Positions 21,433-32,359 of a DNA stretch of 64,000 bases are shown here, piece after piece (position 1 is the stretch's first letter; the number at the start of each line of letters is the position of its first letter). A program made the translations under genes and the position numbers. Origin of the DNA: an uncultured bacterium (GTDB lineage: Bacteria > Verrucomicrobiota > Verrucomicrobiia > Limisphaerales > UBA8199); contig CAVVMW010000030.1 in assembly GCA_963749495.1 (NCBI GenBank), positions 32,001-96,000 of the forward strand, written 5' to 3'. The notes below the pieces were generated by a model, which worked only from the letters and a program-made list of their open reading frames with translations, did no database searches and was not told where the DNA came from.

Positions 21433-21626
21433 GGCCCCCAAATCCTCGCTTAAGGATCTCGGATGTGGAGCATCCAGCAGTCGAATCAAGCATCTTCAGA
21501 TTCGATGCCAATCGACACAGCATATAGAACCGCGGAAGACGCGAAATACGCGGAACAGGGCCTTTTCCGCGTATTCTGCGTCTTCCGCGGTTGTCAGAAT
21601 GCGCTTAGCCGAGGATTTGGGGGGCC
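21433..21626. repeat. Inverted-repeat-bounded element with internal hairpin at 21528-21592
   Basis: GGCCCCCAAATCCTCGCTTAAG … CTTAGCCGAGGATTTGGGGGGCC; inner AACCGCGGAAGACGC…GCGTCTTCCGCGGTT. Confidence 0.7.
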
Positions 21627-21685
21627 GAATTCGACTTGCTTTTGGGAGCGGCCTTATCCAGAATTACTGCTAGTCGCTTTCGGGG

Positions 21686-21895
21686 GCCGCTGACTCGCTT
21701 CTGTTCCTGCCAACGACCCGCGTGCGGCACAGGCCCGGTAAACCGGCATGGATTGCCAGCTTTCAGTCTCGCAGGGGCAGGGCGAGTGGTTTGGAGCGCT
21801 CACCCGACTGATTTCTGCAACCTCCGTCCGGCGGTTTATTCCCGGTGAATTTCGATTCCTGGGGGGCATCTGCATTCTTCGAGGACAAGGTCAAC
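21686..21895 (+). promoter_or_regulatory. Conserved non-coding leader, copy 2
   Basis: Similar to 18748-18945; precedes signal peptide MKSRNPICGLS. Confidence 0.6.
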
Positions 21896-21921
21896 TTCAT
21901 CACGTCCACATCAAAGAGAAT

Positions 21922-22140
21922 ATGAAATCCAGAAACCCGATTTGCGGCCTTTCCGCTGCGGTCCTTTTGCAGTCGTGGGCGTGGGCGGGGTCAGACCGTG
22001 GAAAGGGCCATTCCGAACGGACAAAGCTGGGCTTTTTCTACGGTCTGACCCCACCCATTCATTCACCGGCCATGATGGCGCGCCTCCCAATGGGCTGGTG
22101 CAGGGCAGCGACGGCAATTTCTATGGCACGACTGAAGGGT
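21922..22140 (+). pseudogene. Secreted tandem-repeat (GloVer-like) protein remnant
   Basis: Signal peptide plus a single HSFTGHDGAPPNGLVQGSDGNFYGTT repeat in another frame. Confidence 0.65.
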
Positions 22141-22217
22141 TTTCGCAGCGTGTGGAGTTCACCCGTTCGTCATTCGTCATTCCTCATTTCTCTCGCCCCT
22201 CAACCCCTAACCCTTCT

Positions 22218-24743
22218 ATGAAAAGCATCCCAACCAATCTATCAGCCGGTCTGCTCCTGGCCGCCTTGGCCATGGCGGCGACGAGTAACGCCGCAGCCCA
22301 GGAATACACCTTCACCACCCTGGCCGGACCCGACGAGAGTCCTGGCGCCGTTGACGGCACGGCCAGCGCGGCCCGCTTCTACCAACCGTGGGGCGTGGCG
22401 GTGGACAGCGCGGGCATCGTGTACGTGGCGGACACGGGCAACAACACGATTCGCAAGGTGACGCCGGGCGGGGTGGTGACGACCCTGGCGGGCCTGGCAG
22501 GAAGCTCGGGCAGCGCCGACGGCACGGGCAGCGCGGCGCGCTTCTTCTATCCGATGGGCGTGGCGGTGGACAGCGCCGGCAACGTCTATGTGGCGGACCA
22601 CGACAACTGCACGATTCGGAAGGTGACGCCGGGCGGGGCGGTAACGACGCTGGCGGGCCTGGCGGGAAGCTCTGGCAGCGCCGACGGCACGGGCAGCGCG
22701 GCGCGGTTCTTCTATCCAGAGGGCGTGGCGGTGGACAGGGCGGGCAACGTGTTTGTGGCAGACACCTGGAACCAGACGATTCGGAAGGTGACGCCGGGCG
22801 GGGTGGTGACGACGCTGGCGGGCCTGGCGGGAAGCTCTGGCAGCGCCGACGGCACGGGTAGCGCGGCGTGGTTCTTCTATCCAGAGGGCGTGGCGGTGGA
22901 CAGGGCGGGCAACGTGTTTGTGGCAGACACCTGGAACCAGACGATTCGGAAGGTGACGCCGGGCGGGGTGGTGACGACGCTGGCGGGCCTGGCGGGAAGC
23001 TATGGCAGCGCCGACGGCACGGGCAGCGTGGCGCGGTTCTGCTACCCATCCGGCGTGGCGGTTGACAGCGCGGCCAACGTGTACGTGGGGGACAGCGAGA
23101 ACTGCACGATTCGGAAGGTGACGCCGGGCGGCGTGGTGACGACCCTGGCGGGCCTGGCGGGAGCCCAAGGCAGCGCCGACGGCACGGGTAGCGCGGCGCG
23201 GTTCAACGCCCCTTATGGCGTGGCGCTGGACAGCGCCGACAACGTTTATGTGGCGGACAGCAACAACCAGACGATTCGGAAGGTGACGCCGGGCGGGGTG
23301 GTGACCACGCCGGCGGGCTTGGCGGTAGCCTGGGGCAGCGCCGACGGCACGGGCAGCGCGGCGCGGTTCGCCCAGCCATGCGGCGTGGCGGTGGACAGCG
23401 CGGGCAACGTCCTTGTGGCGGACAGCGACAACCACACGATTCGGAAGGTGACGCCGGGCGGGGCGGTAACGACGCTCGCGGGCCTGGCGGGAAGCGCTGG
23501 CAGCGCCGACGGCACGGGCAGCGCGGCGCGGTTCTTCTATCCAGAGGGCGTGGCGGTGGACAGGGCGGGCAACGTGTTTGTGGCGGACACGGTGAACTCC
23601 ACGATTCGGAAGGTGACGCCGGGCGGGGTGGTGACGACCCTGGCCGGCCTGGCGGGAAGCTCTGGCAGCGCCGACGGCACGGCCAGCGCGGCGCGGTTCA
23701 ACGTCCCATCCGGCGTGGCGGTGGACAGCGCGGGCAACGTCTATGTGGCGGCCTGTGGCAACAACACGATTCGGATTGGCGCAACGAACACCTGCCTGGA
23801 TGCGCCCACGATTGACCTGGCTGTCGGGCCGGTGGGTGAGACCCGCCAACTGGATACCAGCCCGCAAACCGCCGTCGCTTGGCAGTGGAGCGTTATCCGC
23901 CGCCCAGCCGACTCGGTGGCTGTCATCTCTGCCGCCAATATTCGCAATCCCACGTTCACGCCCGAGGTCGGGGATTTGTACGTTTTCCGGCTTGAAGCCA
24001 CCAACGCCGCCGGGGCGATCTGTATCCGCACGCTGGACTTTACCGCGGTGCCGCCGCCTCCGAGCATAACAACGCCGCCTCTGACACAGACCGCTGAGAT
24101 GGGGTCACTTGCCTTCTTCTCGGTGGAAGTGACGAATACGCCGCCGGAATCAACTTACTACCAATGGTACTTTAGCGGCACCAAGGCGCTCGGCGGTGCC
24201 ACCAACTCTTACCTCGACCTGACCAACGTCCAACCCGTCCAGGCTGGGGCTTACACGGTGGTCGTCACGAACCTCGTGGGGGCGGTGACCAGCGACCCGG
24301 CCCTGCTGAGCGTCATCCCGCCAGTCGAGAGAAAAGTCGTGCCCGCCGTTGGTTTGCCGGGCGGCACCGGCACACTTCTGCACCTTGAGTATGCCGACAG
24401 TCTGGTCGCCGCCGCCACAACATGGTCCTCCTTTACGAACGTGACCCTGACCAGCGGGACGCAACTGTGCTTTGACCTTTCCCAGCCGCTGCCCGCGCAA
24501 CGGTTTTACCGCGCCTGGCAGACCAGCGGACCGCAGCCCGCCCTGGTCATGAGCATGGCCACCGAGATTCCGCTGACCGGGGCGATTGGCAGTTCGGTGC
24601 GGATTGATTACATCAACCAGTTCGGCCCGACCAACGCCTGGGTGAGGCTGGACACGATAACCCTGACCACATCGCCGCAACTTTACTTCGATGCCACCGC
24701 ATTCCGGCAGCCCCCCCGGCTTTATCGGCTGCGAGTGCCGTGA
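22218..24743 (+). CDS. Secreted NHL-repeat protein with Ig-like and C-terminal domains
   Basis: Signal peptide; 8-9 NHL repeats (GVAVDSAGNVYVAD…TIRKVTPGGVVTTLAG) on 165-bp units; Ig-like YQWY…YTVVVTN. Confidence 0.92.
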   Translation: MKSIPTNLSAGLLLAALAMAATSNAAAQEYTFTTLAGPDESPGAVDGTASAARFYQPWGVAVDSAGIVYVADTGNNTIRKVTPGGVVTTLAGLAGSSGSADGTGSAARFFYPMGVAVDSAGNVYVADHDNCTIRKVTPGGAVTTLAGLAGSSGSADGTGSAARFFYPEGVAVDRAGNVFVADTWNQTIRKVTPGGVVTTLAGLAGSSGSADGTGSAAWFFYPEGVAVDRAGNVFVADTWNQTIRKVTPGGVVTTLAGLAGSYGSADGTGSVARFCYPSGVAVDSAANVYVGDSENCTIRKVTPGGVVTTLAGLAGAQGSADGTGSAARFNAPYGVALDSADNVYVADSNNQTIRKVTPGGVVTTPAGLAVAWGSADGTGSAARFAQPCGVAVDSAGNVLVADSDNHTIRKVTPGGAVTTLAGLAGSAGSADGTGSAARFFYPEGVAVDRAGNVFVADTVNSTIRKVTPGGVVTTLAGLAGSSGSADGTASAARFNVPSGVAVDSAGNVYVAACGNNTIRIGATNTCLDAPTIDLAVGPVGETRQLDTSPQTAVAWQWSVIRRPADSVAVISAANIRNPTFTPEVGDLYVFRLEATNAAGAICIRTLDFTAVPPPPSITTPPLTQTAEMGSLAFFSVEVTNTPPESTYYQWYFSGTKALGGATNSYLDLTNVQPVQAGAYTVVVTNLVGAVTSDPALLSVIPPVERKVVPAVGLPGGTGTLLHLEYADSLVAAATTWSSFTNVTLTSGTQLCFDLSQPLPAQRFYRAWQTSGPQPALVMSMATEIPLTGAIGSSVRIDYINQFGPTNAWVRLDTITLTTSPQLYFDATAFRQPPRLYRLRVP

Positions 24744-24744
24744 C

Positions 24745-24920
24745 GCCCTGGTTGGATTTGTTTCGCAGACGGCCCCGGCTTGGTGCCAGCAAAAGGCCGG
24801 CAAAGAGCTTTCGCCCAGCCAGCGAGAGGCGCTCAAACAGGCGCTGGCCAGCCGGGTGCTCATCATCACGGGCGGGCCGGGTATGGTGCTGGGCAGCCTG
24901 ACTGACAGCGGCGTGGTGCC
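24745..24920 (+). pseudogene. RecD2-like helicase remnant with internal deletion
   Basis: WCQQKAGKELSPSQREALKQALASRVLIITGGPG joined to MVLGSLTDSGVVP. Confidence 0.8.
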
Positions 24921-25109
24921 TGCCTGCGCCTCGTTTTTGCGGCAGCGGGATGTTAACAGTTGTTGACATCCGCGACGACTTCCAAGCCGCGGCATCCGCC
25001 GCCCTGGATGTCTGCGCCGTCCACCTGGCTAGGCCCATCGGATATAGTCGTCAAGGTCATGGCCGATGCCATCGTCGAAGTCCCTGGCCGGGCTGAATGT
25101 CGAGAACGA

Positions 25110-25250
25110 GGCGGCTGGTGCCCCAAGGGCCAAAAGGCCGAGCGACGGCACCGTGGTCTTTTCCATTGCCCCGGTTCTGACGGGCGGCTCCAAGAAAACG
25201 GTGGAACTGGCGCACAAGCACCGCAAGCCGGTCATCCACATCTCGCTGGA
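25110..25250 (+). pseudogene. Putative molybdenum-carrier/SLOG-family remnant
   Basis: GGWCPKGQKAE joined to DGTVVFSIAPVLTGGSKKTVELAHKHRKP. Confidence 0.7.
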
Positions 25251-25395
25251 CGGCAGCCCCTTTACCGAAAAAGCGGCTTGCTCTCCGGAGAGGCAGGGTG
25301 CAAGGATGATGGACATGAATTGGAGAGCGATTGACAGGCCCGGCATCATCCTTGCCCTGGCGGAGGCGGCACAGTAGGCAACCCGGAGATGCGCC

Positions 25396-26130
25396 GTGGC
25401 GAGAACATTCTTTGAAGCGATTGGATACAAGCTCGGCCAGAAAGCCGCGCAGGCCAAAAACGCCTTTGACCTCATTGGCGGGACGGAGGAGGAGTCCTTG
25501 CGCGCCGAAATACGTCTGGGCCGCGACCTGGCCGCAGCCCTGCTGGAGAGGACTCCCCTGATTCAGGAGAATGAGACCACAAGATTCGTGGCGCAAATTG
25601 CGAGTTGGTTGGCGGCGAACGTGAGGGAGAAGAAGCTCCCCTTGAGTGTCCGGGTGACGGCGGAGCGGGAGCCGAATGCGTTTGCCCTCCCAGGCGGGCC
25701 GGTTTTCGTGAGCTGGCCGTTGTTGGAAATGTGCCAGGGCCAGCGGGACGAGATCGCATTCGTACTTGGCCATGAGATGGGGCATATCGTGCTGCGGCAC
25801 ACCCTGGATCGGATAGTCAAAGACGCAGTTCTTTCCCTTTTGCTGCGGCAAACCTCCGCCCGGCAGGCTGCCAGCGCCTGGGTGAGCAAGGTGGGGCGGC
25901 AGGTGCTGGTCTGCGCCTACTCCAGGGAGGACGAACTGGAGGCGGATGCCTTCGCCGTGGCTCTGGTCAGAACCGCTGGCGGGGACGCGTTGGCAGGGGA
26001 GCGCCTGTTGGAGAAACTCGCTCAAAGCAACTCTGGCCGGGGCGTCGGCGTCGCGGGCGATTACTTCGCAACCCACCCGCCCCTCCCAGAGCGAGTCGCC
26101 CATCTGCGGGCCAAAAGACCCCCATCCTGA
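25396..26130 (+). CDS. M48 family metallopeptidase
   Basis: PNAFALPGG, VLGHEMGH, YSREDELEAD, YFATHP. Confidence 0.92.
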   Translation: MARTFFEAIGYKLGQKAAQAKNAFDLIGGTEEESLRAEIRLGRDLAAALLERTPLIQENETTRFVAQIASWLAANVREKKLPLSVRVTAEREPNAFALPGGPVFVSWPLLEMCQGQRDEIAFVLGHEMGHIVLRHTLDRIVKDAVLSLLLRQTSARQAASAWVSKVGRQVLVCAYSREDELEADAFAVALVRTAGGDALAGERLLEKLAQSNSGRGVGVAGDYFATHPPLPERVAHLRAKRPPS

Positions 26131-26161
26131 CCTGAAGCGCCTGAATCCTTGGTTGCGCAGT

Positions 26162-26330
26162 TTACTCTCCGCTCGCCATGTGGAAATACATGGATTGCAG
26201 GGCGATTTTTCCCGGCCCGGTGAAGCGGTTCCAGCAAATCTGGCCCGCGCTGGCGAAAAGCCCTGTGGAGAGCTTTTGAAACATAGTTTGCACCTGCAGC
26301 GTTCGGTCCTTGTAAATCCAGCCGCCCGGT
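26162..26330 (-). pseudogene. AIM24 family protein, C-terminal fragment
   Basis: IEPGGWIYKD…WNRFTGPGKIALQSMY. Confidence 0.7.
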
Positions 26331-26559
26331 TCGATGTCATCAAGGCACGCGGCGGGCGCGGCAAACGGAGCCAGGCCATAGACAAGGTGCGGCACGCAGC
26401 GGTCATGCTGCTGCGCGGTGAATCCATGGACAGCGCGGCCACGGCGGCGGGGTTCAAGGGCATTGGGTCCGGCCGTCATGCCGTGCGGTCTGGTCATGTG
26501 CTGGCACGGGCAGCGCGCCGGTTGGGCGTGTGTTTCTACCTCTGCCAGCCCGTACCCGG

Positions 26560-26959
26560 CACCACGTCTTCGATCCCACTCTGCCAACACCGGCCGGACA
26601 TCCTCTAGTGTGAGGGTTCGCCCAGCCAGCTTTGTGTCGCTGCCATAATAGGCGACGTGTAGCTGGTTGGTAGGCCCCTTGCCGACCGGCTCGACTTGAT
26701 ACGAAATCGTGATCCTCTCTCTTGGAGCCGGCCCACTCTCCTCCGCGCCCGGCGCTTCGTAGGACTCCATCTCGCCAATCCAGCGGTATCCGTCCGGCGT
26801 TTTGCGAAAATGGACCAACCGCCCCATCGCCCGAGTGAAAATGTAGAGGTTCGCATCTGCGCCAGCAGGCCACGTCCCCAGCCGAATCTCTGCTGTCTCT
26901 GGAAGCGGCGTTTGGAAGGGAGTGAGGCCAAGTTCGGGCCGGTCAACCCTCTGCATTGA
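26560..26959 (-). pseudogene. Hypothetical protein fragment
   Basis: Protein-like stretch (FRKTPDGYRWIGEME…LTLEDVRPVLAEW) fused to unrelated sequence. Confidence 0.5.
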
Positions 26960-27854
26960 AGTGGATTCATGGCGTTTGAGGCGGTGCCGTGCCCGGCCTG
27001 GGCCTGCCAGAAGCCAGAGCTGCCCCAGCCGTGCAGGCTCGGGGCATTTTCGGCAGCTTTCTGCCAACATTCACTGGTGCCAATGGCCGTCCAATGGGCC
27101 GCTCGCGTCGAGACCGGCCACGGGCGCGCCTCAAGGCAGCGCGGCGGGACCGGACAGACTCGCTGCCGCGCGCCAGGTGCTCAGGCACGGGCCGTCCACC
27201 GACCGCCCAGGATTTGGTTTTTGTAGTTCATCCACCAGGCGCGGCTCCCGCCGCCGCCACGTCCGAGGTCAGCGGCAGCAGGACGGCCTGTTTACGGGTT
27301 CTTGGCCGTCTTGGCCAGGGGCGCGTGCGCTGGCTCATGGTGGTGGCGCGCTAGAATGGGGAGTGCAGATTCCTGCGGTGCAGAGGCCCTCGGTCGGGCC
27401 AGGCATGGTCATGGTACTGGGTGGGGCAGCTCCGGCCTCCGGCACCCTCAAACGCCATCAGTCCGCTCAGGGAGAAGGCACAGGCTTCGAGAAGCCAGGA
27501 GTCCGCCAGGAAGCTGCGGCGGCTCCAAGCGCCAGCCAGGCCCCGTGGCCGCTGGCGACGAGACCAGGCTCGACGCTGACCATGGCAGCCGGATGACCTG
27601 GCAGGCCACGGTCGCGCTCCATGTGGCCAAGCCCTGGGCGCGCAACGACCAATCAGACGCCGCTGACCACACGGCCTGCCTCAGTTTACACCTGGGGCGC
27701 TTCTACAGCGCGTAAACCCGGCGCAGGACCGGAAAAGCCAGGATTTGAGGTTCGCGGCCTTTCAGCCGGGCAACGGCTCTATGATGCCGCCGCCTCCGTC
27801 TCGGCGGTCTGCGCCCGCCTGGCCTGCTTCAGCAGCAACACCGAGACCTCGGGG

Positions 27855-27980
27855 CGCACCGATACCCAGCCTGCGCCTGCGGGCCTGGACAGAATGGCGG
27901 GTGCGTCCGATCTTGCGCCCAACCTCGCCATCTGAAGCGGCGCCCAAGAGCGCGTCCTCTGCCGCCGTCCACGCCTTCTG
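27855..27980 (-). pseudogene. HTH-like repeat fragment
   Basis: WTAAEDALLGAASDGEVGRKIGRTRHSVQARRRRLGI. Confidence 0.55.
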
Positions 27981-28493
27981 CTGGCGCTGGCTGGGCCACT
28001 GGCGCCGGGCCAGGAGTGCGAGATGTCCAAGCACTTGGCCGATGCCATGAACGGTCCGTGTTGCATTTTGTCGAGGTAGGCATTAACGGAGACAAACGAG
28101 AACAACAATCCGCCGCCAATTACCTCCCAGCGCCAAGCCAGCAGCAACACGGACAGCGCCTGACCCTCGCTGCCGACCGGCTGCCCTTCGTTGAAGTCGC
28201 CCATGATGACGAGGTTGGCCTTCGGGTCGCCGACTTGCCAAGGCAAAACCGGTGGACTCCGGCCACGCCCAGGAAGGTGAGTAAAACCCACTCCCAACGG
28301 AGTTGGCGGCAATATTTACCCCTTGACACTTCCGGCGCAGCCCGGTATCAGACGGTAATCATGAGTGAGACTAAAAACCAGTCCGTCCTCACCCACGCAG
28401 CGTCAATCAAAGAGCGACGCTTAAAACACCGATTTCATCTCAGTCTTTCCCGTACGGAAACCGCCCGATGGCACCGTGACTCCCGACGACACA

Positions 28494-28990
28494 ATGCCTG
28501 AACCACGAAACAGCCCCCATATTTGGACGCCGCCTGGTCTAGTCCTGGCGCACCCAACAATGTTCCGAGCGTTCGAACTGGACCTCTTTGAAAAAAGCTC
28601 ACGGAGTTGAAGGCCAACATCGAAGCAACGGACGAAGCAATTCGCAAGCGTATGGCGTTGGGTCACGAGGCACGCGAGCCAGCTCTTGAAGAGATTAAGG
28701 AAGCAGAAGAGTGGGTTTGCACATGTACACGCGCGCTCTATTCAAGATACGTTAACGCGTTCCTTTGGCACAGCCGTGTCCCGCGAGCAGTTACCGAGGC
28801 GACGCGGCAGAGCCTTCATAGAGCTCTGGACTGTATAACGGTTGAAATCCATTGTCGTATGGCCACACAAAACCGGCTCATGGAGTTTGAGGCCGTCTCC
28901 CAAGGAGTGCAGCCCCCTCTATCAGCGGGAACCATTTTCCACGGATTTGCACTGGGCCGACGAAGGAAGGGGAAAGGGGATGAATCCTGA
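28494..28990 (+). pseudogene. Hypothetical protein, probable frameshift in the A-run at ~28591
   Basis: Joining frames gives LDLFEKKLTELKANIEATDEAIRK…; lower GC. Confidence 0.35.
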
Positions 28991-29129
28991 ATCGCGTCTC
29001 GCAGGGTCAATGACGGGGGCCAAAGAAGGCAGTTGCCTGCCATCAGCTTGATTCTCTGAAAATGGCCGGCTTCGAACGCTGCTTGAAGCCACTTCCGTGC
29101 CTGCTCCAAGACGCCCAACCCGCACTCGT

Positions 29130-29400
29130 TTGACGATGGAGCTGTTGAGCGACACTGCGTTCATCAACTTTTCGCGGCTGATCATCTCCAGCATGAACGC
29201 CTGCCGGACGGGCATGTCGAAGGCCATCGCCACCCCACCCAGCGCGGCCGGTACGAGGATGTGCCAGGGCCGGATGTGCCGGCTCCACACTAACGCCGCA
29301 AACACGAAGGCCAGCACCATCATGGCGGTCTGGGTGAAGAAGACCACGGTGCGCTTGGGATGCCGGTCAGCCACGGAGCCGCTCCAGACGGAGAGCAGCT
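29130..29400 (-). pseudogene. MFS transporter internal fragment
   Basis: WSGSVADRHPKRTV…MAFDMPVRQAF…LMNAVSLNSSI; paralog of 38750-39716. Confidence 0.85.
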
Positions 29401-29713
29401 TGGGCAACGAGCGGTGTTCGAGTATTTCGGGCTGCCGTATTCAGCCACGGCCCTGACACTGGGCGGCAAAAGACCCCCAGGCCGGAGCTTTCAACCGAGC
29501 TGGCGGCGTTCGCCACAGCAGGCCGCGCTGCGCTTCCTTTCGGCGCGTCCAGGCCCGGCCCCGACGCGCCAGTGGGTTGATACACTCCAGCCTGGCCACG
29601 GCGGTTTTGGAGAAACCGCACCCAACCAGTGAACCGCCGCCGCTGTCCAGACCCGAGCCAGGCGGGAAAGCCCGCTTTCCAAGGTTGCGACGGCCTCGCA
29701 GTTCCGGGCGTGT

Positions 29714-29782
29714 GTTGGAAGTGAATCCCGCCACGGGGGATTCACCCGGAACGAAGCGAACCCCCTGGAGTGCGACCTGCTG
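29714..29782 (+). pseudogene. RecD2-like helicase micro-fragment
   Basis: LEVNPATG(G)FTRNEANPLECDLL with one indel; matches 30827-30893. Confidence 0.7.
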
Positions 29783-29956
29783 TGTGCTCGACCGCCTGCG
29801 ACCGGAGGGTTGGCCCACGATGCCCAGGAGGACTGCGACACACGAGAAGGGGCACGTCTTTGCCGGACCGCAGGGCCTCTCATCGTGTCAGGCCCTTGGC
29901 CGCGTTGCGCCTTTTGGCCTTGAGCGGCCTGCGAATCGGCATACTCTGCCCTCGCT

Positions 29957-30565
29957 ATGAAGCCCTCTACAAATCTCCGAGAAATCGTCAGCGGTCTCTG
30001 GTTCTGGTCGTCCCTCCATGAGGAATGGAAGGTGGATTTTTCGTGCTGCGCGTGGGAAGCAAAGGAGGGGTTGGTGTTGATTGATCCCATCGAACTCGAC
30101 GCCGTTAGCCTTGCGAAGCTGGAGAAGGTCGGCAAACCGGCAGCGATTTTCCTCACAAACCAGAATCACGAACGCGCCGCTGAGTGGTTCCGCAAGCGGT
30201 ACGGCATCAAGGTTCATGTCCATCGGGATGCCGTGCCGGGAATCGAGATCACGCCCGACGAGTTTTTCCGCGACGGCGCGACCGTGCTGGGCGGGCTGAA
30301 GGTGATCCATCTGCCGGGCACTTGTCCGAGCGAGTGCGCTTTCTACACTGAGGCGAATGGCGGTCTGTTGCTCGCCGGGGATATAGTCGTGAACGGGAAA
30401 GAGGGCCTGGCGTTTCTCCCGGAGGATTACTGCCAGGACGCGAAACAGAGCCGGGAGTCGGCCAAGAAACTCCTGAAGCTCAAGTTCGACACACTAACGG
30501 TCGCCCACGGCAATCCGATTCATCCCAAGGCATTCGAGCAGTTTGCCAAGCTGTTTAGCGCGTGA
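29957..30565 (+). CDS. MBL-fold metallo-hydrolase-like protein
   Basis: VLIDP, LTNQNHER, LLLAGD, LTVAHG. Confidence 0.8.
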   Translation: MKPSTNLREIVSGLWFWSSLHEEWKVDFSCCAWEAKEGLVLIDPIELDAVSLAKLEKVGKPAAIFLTNQNHERAAEWFRKRYGIKVHVHRDAVPGIEITPDEFFRDGATVLGGLKVIHLPGTCPSECAFYTEANGGLLLAGDIVVNGKEGLAFLPEDYCQDAKQSRESAKKLLKLKFDTLTVAHGNPIHPKAFEQFAKLFSA

Positions 30566-30955
30566 GCCAGGCAGCAGTGGATTCCGAAGTGTCGCCGGCA
30601 AGGAGCTTGCGCCCAGCTAACGGGAGGCGCTCAAGAAGGCCCTGGCGAGCCGCGTGCGGGTCCTCACGGGCGGACCGGGCGTGGGCAGGACCACCCTGGT
30701 CAGCGCCATCCTGCTCATCCTGCGGGCCAAGAAAGTGCGGTGCCGGCTGTGCGCCGCCACCGGTCGCGCCGCCAAGCGCCTGTCGGAGGCGACCGGGGTC
30801 GAGGCCAAGACCATCCGGCGGCTGCTGGAATTGAGTCCGGCCTCGGGCGGGTTCACGCGCAACGATGCGTTGCCGCTGGAGTGTGATCTCCTGGTGGCCG
30901 ACGAGTGCTCCATGGTGGACGTGCCGCTGATGAACCACCTGCTCCGCGCCCTGGC
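30565..30955 (+). pseudogene. RecD2-like helicase remnant
   Basis: LTGGPGVGRTT, LCAATGRAAKRLSE, TIRRLLE, CDLLVADECSMVD. Confidence 0.88.
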
Positions 30956-31021
30956 GAATGACGACGCCTTCTGCGCTCTTGGTATCGAAAATTGACTGCT
31001 GAAAATTGGTCATTGGTTATC

Positions 31022-32322
31022 ATGAGAAAGTTCACCCTGCTCACGCTGCAACTGTGCGTCGCCGCCACGGTGTCCGCCGGCAACTGGCCCGGTTGGCGCG
31101 GACCCGAGGGCACCGGTGTTTCGTTGGACGAAGATCTGCCTGAAACGTGGGGCGCCAACCAGAACGTGCGCTGGCGGGTCGCGCTGCCCGGTCCTGGCAA
31201 TTCTTCCCCGATCGCCTGGGGCAAGCGGGTCTTCATTACGCAGGCCATCAAGAGCGAGAAGCGACGCGCCGTGATCTGTTTCGACCGCGCCGATGGCAGG
31301 CAGCTCTGGCAAGCGGGCGTCATCTATGGCGAGGACGAGCCGACGCAGGAAAACAACCCTTATTGCTCGGCCACGCCGGTGACCGACGGGGGGCGGGTCG
31401 TCGCGTCATTTGGCTCGGCGGGGCTCTATTGCTACGACTTGGACGGCAAGGAATCCTGGCATCGTGACTTGGGCAAGATGGACCATGTATTCGGCAACGC
31501 CTCGTCTCCCGTGCTTTACGGCGAGCTTTGCATCTTCAACTTCGGTCCCGACCCCAAGGCCAGGCTCATCGCGGTTGACAAACGCAACGGCCACACGCTC
31601 TGGGAAGTCCAGCCCCCGAAAGTTGACCCCGGCGCACATCTCGCGAGCGGCGGCCCCGGTGGGCCGGGCGGCGCCGGGGAAGGGCCTCCCGGTGGGGCGT
31701 GGAGCACGCCTTTGCTCATCAAGACCGCTCAACGCGACGAACTGGTCATGGCTTTCCCGAATTGTCTCGCGGGATACGAGCCCGGACCGGCACGCGGGTC
31801 TGGCTCACCCGAGGCATTGACGACTGGATTTTCACTACGCCCGTCTGGGGCGACGGAGTGGTCGTGGCGATGAGCAGCGGCGCGTCGCGCTGCCCGGTCC
31901 TGGCCATGCGCCCTGGCGGCAACGGGGATGTGACCGGGCGCCAGCGGCTCTGGCGTTTGGAGCGCCTCAAGAGTCAGTCCATCGGCTCAGGGGTCATCCA
32001 CGACGGGTATCTTTACCTGATCGCCGAGAACGGCTCCGCCTCCTGCCTCGAACTCAAGACCGGCAACAAGGTGTGGGAGACGCGCCTCAAAGGTCCCGGC
32101 GCCAAGACCAGTTCCTGGTCTTCGATGCTCCTGGCCGGCGGGAGGATCTACGTGCCCAACCAATCGGGCGACGTGTTCGTCCTCCGCGCCAGCCCCAAAC
32201 TGGAGCTGCTGGCCACCAACTCGGTGAACGAGCCAACCAACGCCTCCCTGGCTGCCTCCGATGGAGACCTCTTCCTCCGCACCGACCGGAGCCTTTGGCG
32301 TCTGGCTCGCGCAAAGCGATAG
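31022..32322 (+). pseudogene. PQQ-binding-like beta-propeller protein, frameshift at ~31780
   Basis: NWPGWRGPEGTG, GNSSPI, SATPVTDG, WSTP; continues in another frame to ASLAASDGDLFLRT. Confidence 0.85.
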
Positions 32323-32359
32323 TCCGATCCGCTTTTTCGCCGCAACGACCGTTCCCGGC

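Noticed and set aside
22340..23780. Regular direct repeats (also 34125-35070) as a CRISPR array
   Set aside because: Units are in-frame 165-bp and ~120-bp protein repeats with no unique spacers; no cas genes
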